Part shown: positions 6,842-14,022 of the stretch, piece by piece
How positions within the stretch are numbered: the stretch's first letter is position 1
Layout: the number at the start of each line of letters is the position of its first letter
Origin: Candidatus Altarchaeum sp.
GTDB taxonomy: Archaea; Altiarchaeota; Altiarchaeia; Altiarchaeales; Altiarchaeaceae
Direction: 5' to 3'
DNA length: 18,590 nt
Assembly (NCBI GenBank): GCA_018260615.1
Contig: JAGWDQ010000142.1
Coordinates: 1 to 18,590, forward strand
Notes under the pieces: generated by a model
The model's database searches: none
What the model saw: only the letters and a program-made list of their open reading frames with translations
What the model was told of the DNA's origin: nothing
Made by a program: the position numbers and the translations under genes

Positions 6842-8140
6842 ATGACAAAATCAATTCAAAAGTCCACATCATTTTTAGAACAAATATCTAAAATAGTACC
6901 TGGTGGTGCCAGTTCAAATGTCAGAACTCGCAATTCAATTGCTGTGTCACATGGTAAAGGTGCAGAATTATTTGATTTAGATGGGAATAGGTATATTGAT
7001 TATATGTTAGGTTTGGGCCCTGTTATATTAGGGCATGGTAATGATACTGTAAACCAGTTTGTTTCACAATCAATTAAAAAGGGAACATCGTTTGCATTTA
7101 CAACCGAGAGTGAATATCGTGTTTGTAAGAAAATAGTTGAAATCTCACCATCTGTTGAAATGGTTAGACTATGTAATTCCGGTTCTGAAGCTGCTATCAC
7201 TGCGTTTAGAATTGCACGAACCTTTACAGGGGGGAGTATTGCAATTAAAATTCAAGGGGATTATAATGGTAATTTTGATATTTTGGCACATGATGTGCCG
7301 GGAGTTGACGGCGATAATTTAGATAATGGTCCATTTCCTATTGGAACGGGTTTTTATAAAGATGTTGAAAAGTCGATAATTACAATTCCTTTTAATGATA
7401 TTGAAATATTAGAAAAAATATTATCAACTAAACAAAGCGAAATTGCAGCAGTTTTTATGGAACCAATTCTTGGCAATGTTGCAGCTATAATGCCAAATAC
7501 TGATTATTTGGCATCTGTAAGAGAACTGTGTACACACTATGGTGTTATTCTTGTATTTGATGAAGTAAAAACTGGTTTTAGAGTAAGTCTTCAAGGGGCA
7601 CAGGGACTTTTTGGTATAAATAGCGATTTAACTATGTATGGTAAGGCTATGGCTAATGGTTTTCCTATTGCAGCAATTGGTGGAAAAAAAGAATTAATGG
7701 AACTTGTAGGACCTGATAAGGTATTTCATTGTGGTACTTATTACGGTAATCTTGTCTCTACATCTGCTGCTGAAGTAGTTTTATCAATTCTATCTCAGGC
7801 AGATTATAGTTCACTATCTAAAAAAGGTGAAAGATTAGCTCAAGGGATTTGTGATATACTAAGGCAATTTGGTATTCCTTCTCAATGGAATGGGGTAGGA
7901 ACAATGTTTGGAATTACAATTGGAGAATCTAAACCAATTGATTATAAAACCTGGTGGAAAAGAACAGACCGAGAATTGTGGATTAGTATCTCAGAAATAA
8001 TGAGAAATTTAGGTATATTAAGTGATGATTTTGTTGGAGTTTTCTTTTTATCATTCGATCATACCGAAGAACACATTGATCAAACACTTAATATTTGTGA
8101 AAAAGCAATATCAATATATAAAAAGAATATGTGCAGATGA
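6842..8140 (+). CDS. Class III PLP-dependent aminotransferase, glutamate-1-semialdehyde aminomutase-like
   Basis: Motifs PGGASSNVR, YIDYMLGLGPVILGH, CNSGSEA, MEPILGN, FDEVKTGFR, YGKAMANG (PLP lysine) and GTYYGN. Not called hemL because of divergent motifs and context. Confidence 0.85.
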   Translation: MTKSIQKSTSFLEQISKIVPGGASSNVRTRNSIAVSHGKGAELFDLDGNRYIDYMLGLGPVILGHGNDTVNQFVSQSIKKGTSFAFTTESEYRVCKKIVEISPSVEMVRLCNSGSEAAITAFRIARTFTGGSIAIKIQGDYNGNFDILAHDVPGVDGDNLDNGPFPIGTGFYKDVEKSIITIPFNDIEILEKILSTKQSEIAAVFMEPILGNVAAIMPNTDYLASVRELCTHYGVILVFDEVKTGFRVSLQGAQGLFGINSDLTMYGKAMANGFPIAAIGGKKELMELVGPDKVFHCGTYYGNLVSTSAAEVVLSILSQADYSSLSKKGERLAQGICDILRQFGIPSQWNGVGTMFGITIGESKPIDYKTWWKRTDRELWISISEIMRNLGILSDDFVGVFFLSFDHTEEHIDQTLNICEKAISIYKKNMCR

Positions 8141-9000
8141 AAATTAACATAAAAGACATAGATGGAGATTTGAATAGTTTTATCACTTTATTGCGTAATA
8201 ATGATTTAAATAATATTGTTATTGTTGGTGGTGCGGTTCGTGATATAATTTTAAATCGACCATATAAAGATATTGATATAGCTATTCGATTAAATATTCC
8301 TTCACCATCATTAATTGATTTATGTTCGCCAATTAATAAATATGAAATATTACCGATAATCCAGAAAGAATTATTTAAATTAGATAATATACTAAACTGT
8401 AAAATTGATGATTTTATCGAAAAAGGGTCTGTTCCTTTTGGCAATACAACGATCGATATACTTGGTTTAGTGGTGGTTAAAGATAAAAGAGAACAATTAT
8501 TTCCCGATATTTTTATTGATAATAATAACCAAATCTTTGGAGCATATTCTGAACTTACAATTAATCGTTTAGCGCTTGATTTTGAGGGTAATATCTGGCC
8601 AACTGATTATATTGAACATATTTATAATAATATCGGGTATCTTACTAATGGAGTTTTAGGCATTGATTTTTATAGAATTTTACGAATTTTTAAAACATGT
8701 GAATTGCTGAATACCAAATTAGATTATAATGTAAGTATTCAAATAACTGATTATCTAAAAAAATTAAGAAATCCGAATCGGTTTCTTGATGAAATAAAAG
8801 ATAATAGGGTTTTACCAATGTTGAATTCACTTTTTCCAAATTTAAATTTTTCATTTGATATTTTCAATATAGATTTTATTATTAAAAAATTGGAAGAGAA
8901 ACTAAAAATTTATTCAATGAAAGAGAATCTGCCCTCTTCAGAGAGCAGTATCAAGCAGTACATAACCATGGATAAAAGCATTGCAGAAAGTCACCTATAA
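8137..9000 (+). CDS. Class II (CCA-adding/poly(A) polymerase head-like) nucleotidyltransferase, divergent
   Basis: Motifs VGGAVRD...KDIDI, TTIDI, ELTINRLALD and DFYRILR. The start is placed at ATG 8137, in an ATGA overlap with the aminotransferase stop. Confidence 0.75.
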   Translation: MKINIKDIDGDLNSFITLLRNNDLNNIVIVGGAVRDIILNRPYKDIDIAIRLNIPSPSLIDLCSPINKYEILPIIQKELFKLDNILNCKIDDFIEKGSVPFGNTTIDILGLVVVKDKREQLFPDIFIDNNNQIFGAYSELTINRLALDFEGNIWPTDYIEHIYNNIGYLTNGVLGIDFYRILRIFKTCELLNTKLDYNVSIQITDYLKKLRNPNRFLDEIKDNRVLPMLNSLFPNLNFSFDIFNIDFIIKKLEEKLKIYSMKENLPSSESSIKQYITMDKSIAESHL

Positions 9001-9029
9001 CCAAAAATATACAAAATCATACTAAAAAA

Positions 9030-9160
9030 CTGTCGGCTTTAGCCGACAGATATTTATATTTACGAAAAATTTGGTGGAGACCACAAAAATTAATTTATTG
9101 AAATTTATTACATTATTGGGGCAATTCATCTGCGGGCTGAAGCCCGCAGCGTTCTTGCCC
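9030..9160. mobile_element. Pair of IS200/IS605-type end hairpins (possible non-autonomous PATE)
   Basis: CTGTCGGCT-tt-AGCCGACAG at 9030-9049. GGGCAATTCAT-CTGCGGGC-tgaa-GCCCGCAG-cgttc-TTGCCC at 9119-9160, a nested-stem form typical of IS605 ends. No tnpA or tnpB between them. Confidence 0.55.
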
Positions 9161-9185
9161 ATTTGAAGTAAAATTAGAGGATATT

Positions 9186-10328
9186 ATGAAAGTAACAATG
9201 TTGGCAAAGGAATACCCACCCAACGTTTATGGTGGAGCAGGCGTCCATTTAAGACATTTGGCTCATGAGCTCTCAAGAATAATGGACGTCGAAGTCAAAT
9301 GTTTTGGTAACCAGAATATTAAGGAAAAACATCTCAAAGTCAAGGGGTATCAGCCATGTGATAGACTGAAGGAATGCAACGATCCACATTTTTATCTACC
9401 CTTTAGCACGATCTCTATAAACCTTTTGATGGCGCGGGACATGATCGATACAGATATTATCCACTCACATACATGGTACGCTTCATTTGCAGGTTTTCTA
9501 GCTAAGAGATTATATAAATTGCCCTTAGTAGTTACTTGTCACAGCATAGAGCCTTCACGTCCATGGAAGGAAGAACAACTTGGAAGAGCATATCAACTAA
9601 GCAGTTGGTTAGAAAAGACCGCTATTGAATCAGCGGATAGGGTGATCGCTGTTTCAAAAAATGTTAAGGAGGATATTCTGAAGCATTTCAACATTACAGA
9701 GGATCGTATAGTAGTGATATACAATGGAATAGACTTGAACAAATGGAAGGAAACTCTTACTGATTTCACAAAAAAGGAGTATGGTATTGATCACGACTAC
9801 ATCCTGTTTGTTGGTCGCACAACAAGACAGAAGGGGATGATTTATCTGATAGAAGCAGCTGACTATATTGAAAAAGACGTACAAATCGTTATCTGTACCA
9901 GCGCGCCGGATACTAAAGAGGTTGAGGAAGAGATGATGCAAAAAATGATACAGAAGAAAAATATTATATGGATAAACAAACTACTCAGAGAAGAACAATA
10001 TATTGAGCTATATAGTGGAGCGGTAGTATTTGTGTGTCCATCAATTTACGAACCATTTGGTATTGTAAATATAGAGGCTATGGCATGTAAAACTCCTATC
10101 GTGGCATCTGCTGTTGGTGGTATAAAGGAAGTCGTAATTCATGAAGAAACGGGCATGCTGGTGGAACCGGCAAAACCAAAGCAACTCGCCTACTACATCA
10201 ATCATCTGCTTAGGAATCGAGAATTGGCGAGGAAACTCGGAGAAAACGGCAGAAAGAGAGTTAAGGAACATTTTAGTTGGACATCTATCGCTCAGCAGAC
10301 AAAGAATCTATACGAGAGTATATTATAG
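9186..10328 (+). CDS. glgA: GT4 glycosyltransferase, GlgA/GlgM (Corynebacterium-type glycogen / maltose-1-phosphate synthase) family
   Basis: Motifs MKVTMLAKEYPPNVYGGAGVH, HSHTWYA, HSIEPSRPWKEEQLG, FVGRTTRQKG and CPSIYEPFGIVNIEAMAC. Confidence 0.85.
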   Translation: MKVTMLAKEYPPNVYGGAGVHLRHLAHELSRIMDVEVKCFGNQNIKEKHLKVKGYQPCDRLKECNDPHFYLPFSTISINLLMARDMIDTDIIHSHTWYASFAGFLAKRLYKLPLVVTCHSIEPSRPWKEEQLGRAYQLSSWLEKTAIESADRVIAVSKNVKEDILKHFNITEDRIVVIYNGIDLNKWKETLTDFTKKEYGIDHDYILFVGRTTRQKGMIYLIEAADYIEKDVQIVICTSAPDTKEVEEEMMQKMIQKKNIIWINKLLREEQYIELYSGAVVFVCPSIYEPFGIVNIEAMACKTPIVASAVGGIKEVVIHEETGMLVEPAKPKQLAYYINHLLRNRELARKLGENGRKRVKEHFSWTSIAQQTKNLYESIL

Positions 10329-10480
10329 AACATGGGACTGGACTTAAATCTGAACATTTAGGCAAACTATTGCAAACTTTTCTGGAAAAGAGTTCAGCCC
10401 AGAGGAAGTAAGAAAGATAAAAAGGTTAGTGCCCTCAAAAACTCTCGCTCCACTTCATTCCGCTCGGTGCTATCACACTC

Positions 10481-10564
10481 CGATAACAGAGTATATCCGC
10501 TTACGCCCTTTGGGAAATTGCTCCGCTGCGCTCCGCAACTTCGGATATACTCGTTCCGTTATCT
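10481..10564 (+). other. attC-type recombination site 3 (84 bp)
   Basis: CGATAAC-A-GAGTATATCCG ... CGGATATACTC-GTTCC-GTTATCT. Flank AGTGCCCTCAAAAA (10428-10441) plus TCCGATAAC (10479-10487) complements the cassette start at 4885-4909. Confidence 0.85.
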
Positions 10565-10579
10565 GCCATTGCAACAAAA

Positions 10580-10848
10580 TGAGCATGACTTACGCCCAAA
10601 AAACGACCTATTGAGCGGAAACCTAAACCTTCAAGATATAAAACTAATGCGTCACGTTTTAATTTAAAGGGTTTGCCAACTTGTTAAACTGTAAAATGAT
10701 ATTGACAGTCTTTACATAAATATCTTTGCTTTTGTTTAACAATTCCATCCTTGCGAATATTTTTACTTTTACAGTTTGGGCAATATTCCATCTTAAATAA
10801 TTTAATGCTGCACAAAAATTATGAAAACTATACTAAATTAACAATGCC
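10580..10848 (-). pseudogene. IS1-family transposase 5' remnant (zinc ribbon plus HTH) with left end; nonsense mutation and truncation
   Basis: Manual translation from ATG 10791 gives MEYCPNCKSKNIRKDGIVKQKQRYLCKDCQYHFTV*QVGKPFKLKRDALVLYLEGLGFRSIGRFLGVSH, with the stop at 10684-10686. The candidate end GGCATTG (10848-10842) fits the IS1 GGnnnTG consensus. Confidence 0.8.
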
Positions 10849-10859
10849 AATTATTCTCT

Positions 10860-11408
10860 TTACTCTCTTATTATCTTAAAATTTCCCAAATCAATAATTG
10901 TTGAGGGTGTTTTGTATTTACATTCCCCTGTTAAAATCAAATCAACAGCATTCTTTATTCTTTCATCAATTTCTTCAAAATTTTTTGCAGGCGGCTTACT
11001 GCTTATGTTTGCACTTGTTGTAATTATAGGATATTTCTCTGTCAAGACCCTAACTTTCTCATCATTAATGATTCGTATCCCCACAACATCTTTATTGGCA
11101 GTGATAATGTCAGAAATTTTATCTGTTTTCGGAACAATGAAAGTATATGGCTTGTCCGAGTGCTGCTTTATAAATTTTTCCATCTCATCATCTAATTTCA
11201 CAAATTCCTTTGCTTTGTTTAAATCATGAATTGCCACAGAAAGCGGTTTTATAAAATCCCTCTTCTTTATTTCAAAGATTCGTTTTATGCTTTCGGGAAA
11301 ATTTATCCTGCATCCGATTCCATAAACAGTATCTGTCGGATAACAGATAATTTTTCCTTCGTCCAGAAATTTTATTGCTAAATTTAAATCACAGGTTATT
11401 ATTGTCAT
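10860..11408 (-). CDS. tsaC: L-threonylcarbamoyladenylate synthase (TsaC/YrdC domain only, 182 aa)
   Basis: Motifs CYPTDTVYGIG, IFEIKKR...KPL, VGIRI, TTSANISSKP and PSTIID. Confidence 0.92.
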   Translation of the reverse strand: MTIITCDLNLAIKFLDEGKIICYPTDTVYGIGCRINFPESIKRIFEIKKRDFIKPLSVAIHDLNKAKEFVKLDDEMEKFIKQHSDKPYTFIVPKTDKISDIITANKDVVGIRIINDEKVRVLTEKYPIITTSANISSKPPAKNFEEIDERIKNAVDLILTGECKYKTPSTIIDLGNFKIIRE

Positions 11409-11423
11409 AATTTATTAACTTAT

Positions 11424-11582
11424 TTAAGGCCCTGTAAATCCGCACTTCGGGCATGCATATTTTCTTCCCAACACTCTGCACGCATCACATCTGACAATTT
11501 TGTATTTTTCTTCTCCTTCGCACTTCGGACATTTAAATTCAACATAGTTCGTTACATCCTTTCCACAGCTTACACACTTCAT
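11424..11582 (-). CDS. Small archaeal zinc-finger protein, HVO_2753/DUF1610 type, 52 aa (not in ORF track)
   Basis: Manual translation gives MKCVSCGKDVTNYVEFKCPKCEGEEKYKIVRCDACRVLGRKYACPKCGFTGP*. It has four CxxC motifs and the family ending CPxCGFxGP. Confidence 0.92.
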   Translation of the reverse strand: MKCVSCGKDVTNYVEFKCPKCEGEEKYKIVRCDACRVLGRKYACPKCGFTGP

Positions 11583-11632
11583 TCTGAATATAAAATTTAA
11601 TATTTGCTCAGTTTATAAAATTTAATATAAAA

Positions 11633-13342
11633 TTAAGAGTTGTCTGAATTATTATTTGAATTATTTATGTTCGTCGTATCCTGATTTTCTTCATCTTCGT
11701 TTTCAGTGTTTTTGTATTTTGTTTCAATCACTTTGTTAAATTTCGCATAAATTTCATCATAACTGCCTGCTGTCAATATACTCACCGCATCAGAGCATGG
11801 CATTGAATAAGCAGTTAAAATTTTCAGCCGGGTTTTTTCTGTTTCGGCATTTTTCTTTTTGGAAATATAACCCGAAATATTTCTTCCCACATCCATCAAT
11901 CCGTATTTTACTTCTTTAAAAATTTCTTCTTCAAAGGAAATGCTCTGCTTTCCTGCCGATGCATAAGGAATATAAGTTGAAACAACATTTACAAAAACCG
12001 TTATCGGCGAATTATCAAAGTCCTTAATTTCATATTTTTTCCAGTCAATATCATAAATTGCCTTTGTTACCAGACATTCGCCGTTATCAAACAACAAAGG
12101 TACGGAATTTGCAAACCTCATAATTTCCGATTTTACTTTTCCTTCTGATGTTCTCCTTCCTGCATTTCCCCCGTAGCAAAAAGCACACTCAACCTGAAAA
12201 GCATAGCCCCCGGAATGGACAGACGGCTTTCTCGTTATAACGAATAAAATTTCCGGATTGATTATTGCTGCCAGTGCCTTTTTAATATTCTCTTCTCCGA
12301 TAGTTCGTAATCCCTCTGATGACGGTGCCTGAAATTTAATAGTCCTAAAGGCATTAATTATTTTTTCCGCATCCTGCCATGTCATTTCATCTGCTCTTTT
12401 GTTTAAATCAACATCTGTCATTGTGCGAAGTTCATTAATTTTATCCTGTGTAACCCTTGAAAGAGAGTGGATTAAAAAGGATGAGACAGATATGTTTTCT
12501 CTTTTGGACAAACGGATGAGGTCATCTATATTTATTCCTCTCGGATGTGGCTTGAGCTCCTTCGGCTTCTTTAAAATTTCACCACCCGTTCTTTCAAATA
12601 CGGTCTTCCTGCCATCAGGGTCGGTAAATGTAATTTTTGCATGCGGGTTTGCAATAGCCGTTCTTCGCAGATATTCAAAAACACCGCTCTCGTTGTTGAT
12701 ATAAATTGCTTCTTTACATTCTCCTTCAATAATTGTTCCCGTTGAAGCGAATAAATTTAATTCGCAATTTTTTTCCTCAACTATTATCGGTTTGTTTGCC
12801 GAGACATCTATCATTATTTTTGCTTCAATACATTCCGCCTTTGTTCTGGTAATGACTCCGATTGGTTTTCCCGTTGTCATCTGACAGAACATCGTAACTC
12901 CGGATACGCCAAGTCCCTGCTGTCCCCTCATCTGAACATTGCGATGAAATTTCGTTCCAGCCAACATCTTTCCGAAAACATCTCCGATATGCTCTTTTGG
13001 AATTCCGTAAGCATTGTCCTTACAAAAAAATTTATAATGCTCGTTATCTATTTTCTCAATTTTTACTTCTATTTCGGGAAAAATTTCACATTCTTCGCAG
13101 GCATCAATCGCGTTTGTGACGAGTTCGTGAATGATTGTTGTTAAATTTCTTGCCTTTCCGCTGTATCCCAATTGTGTTCTGTTTTTTCTGAAAAACTCAG
13201 AGATTGAAATTTCCCTGAATTCCTTAAAAATTTCGTCTGCGGTTTTTTCCGTTTCAGTATTTTTTGTTTTTTCTTCTTTTTCTGCCTTTTTTATCATTTT
13301 TATCCTTTTTACATCATTTGTATTGATTTTGATAATATTCAT
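11633..13342 (-). CDS. top6B: DNA topoisomerase VI subunit B
   Basis: Motifs ISISEFFRKN, IHELVTNAIDACE (GHKL), DNAYGIP, RGQQGLGVSG, EYLRRTAIANPHA, KPHP and RFANSVPLLF. top6A is not in the window. Confidence 0.95.
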   Translation of the reverse strand: MNIIKINTNDVKRIKMIKKAEKEEKTKNTETEKTADEIFKEFREISISEFFRKNRTQLGYSGKARNLTTIIHELVTNAIDACEECEIFPEIEVKIEKIDNEHYKFFCKDNAYGIPKEHIGDVFGKMLAGTKFHRNVQMRGQQGLGVSGVTMFCQMTTGKPIGVITRTKAECIEAKIMIDVSANKPIIVEEKNCELNLFASTGTIIEGECKEAIYINNESGVFEYLRRTAIANPHAKITFTDPDGRKTVFERTGGEILKKPKELKPHPRGINIDDLIRLSKRENISVSSFLIHSLSRVTQDKINELRTMTDVDLNKRADEMTWQDAEKIINAFRTIKFQAPSSEGLRTIGEENIKKALAAIINPEILFVITRKPSVHSGGYAFQVECAFCYGGNAGRRTSEGKVKSEIMRFANSVPLLFDNGECLVTKAIYDIDWKKYEIKDFDNSPITVFVNVVSTYIPYASAGKQSISFEEEIFKEVKYGLMDVGRNISGYISKKKNAETEKTRLKILTAYSMPCSDAVSILTAGSYDEIYAKFNKVIETKYKNTENEDEENQDTTNINNSNNNSDNS

Positions 13343-13890
13343 TCAAATTTAACAAATAGTGTCTGTTGAAATATGGACTTCTGAGAATGTGTTTCGGATT
13401 TCAGACATTCTAAAGATTTGGCAGAATGTGTCTGCCGAATTATAAATTTGCCAGACAGTGTCCGGCATTTTTTATCTTTAGATTTCCGAGACAGTGTCTC
13501 GGATTTTCCAGACATTGCATGGAATTTCTGATATTTGGCAGACAGTGTCTGCCAAATTGGAAAATTAAGATAAAAAGCCCACATATTCCTTAAATTTCTC
13601 TCGGAAAACCCTTTACTAAATTTAGCAGTCATATCTGCCGAAAGTTTTATAAGTAATTTTTCTCCATATTCAGCCCGCATTTTACCTTTCTGTTCAAACT
13701 CAACAACCTCTCTTCCGATTTCCCAATATTGCCTCACTTTGTTCGGAAATTTACTCACTTTGTTTGTAAATGCCAAAACCCGTGCCTTGTTAATCTCTCT
13801 TACTACTTTGCTTCTTGCTTCGGTTAAAATTTCTGCAATCCTGTCAATTAAACATCCATAATTTTTTGTAGTTATTTCTTTTTTTATCAT
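13339..13890 (-). pseudogene. Truncated YhcG/DUF1016 N-terminal domain gene (no PD-(D/E)XK domain) with repeat expansion
   Basis: YWEIGREVVEFEQKG..RAEYG..L..LS.D...F.KGFS.RNL..M..FY..FPIWQTLSAK is followed by about 7 QTLSAK-like units and then a stop overlapping the top6B start. Confidence 0.75.
13350..13557. repeat. Tandem palindromic coding repeats (about 7 units)
   Basis: Examples are ATTTGGCAGAC-agt-GTCTGCCAAAT (13533-13557) and TCCGAGAC-agt-GTCTCGGA (13485-13503). They encode QTLSAK, ETLSRK, RTLSGK, QTHSAK and similar units. Confidence 0.75.
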
Positions 13891-14022
13891 TTTAAAAAAG
13901 CAATTATATTACAATTACTATCAAAAATTTATATCACAAATTTAATTTATACTTCATTATTGAAAGACAAAACTTAACATAAAAATTAAAACTTCAGTAA
14001 TTTATATTTATTTATATGTAAG

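Larger units (their letters stand above)
2684..10564 (+). mobile_element. Integron-like gene cassette array without integrase in the window (CALIN-like)
   Basis: Three co-oriented attC-type hairpins, each following an ORF or ORFs. Cassette 5' ends are complementary to the left flank of their own attC. All cassette ORFs are on the + strand. Confidence 0.8.

Noticed and set aside
6842-8140. Gene symbol hemL
   Set aside because: The fold is GSA-like, but the motifs diverge and the context is a mobile sugar-enzyme operon.
8137-9000. Gene symbol cca or pcnB
   Set aside because: The templating RRD motif is missing, the C-terminal region is short, and archaea use class I CCA enzymes.
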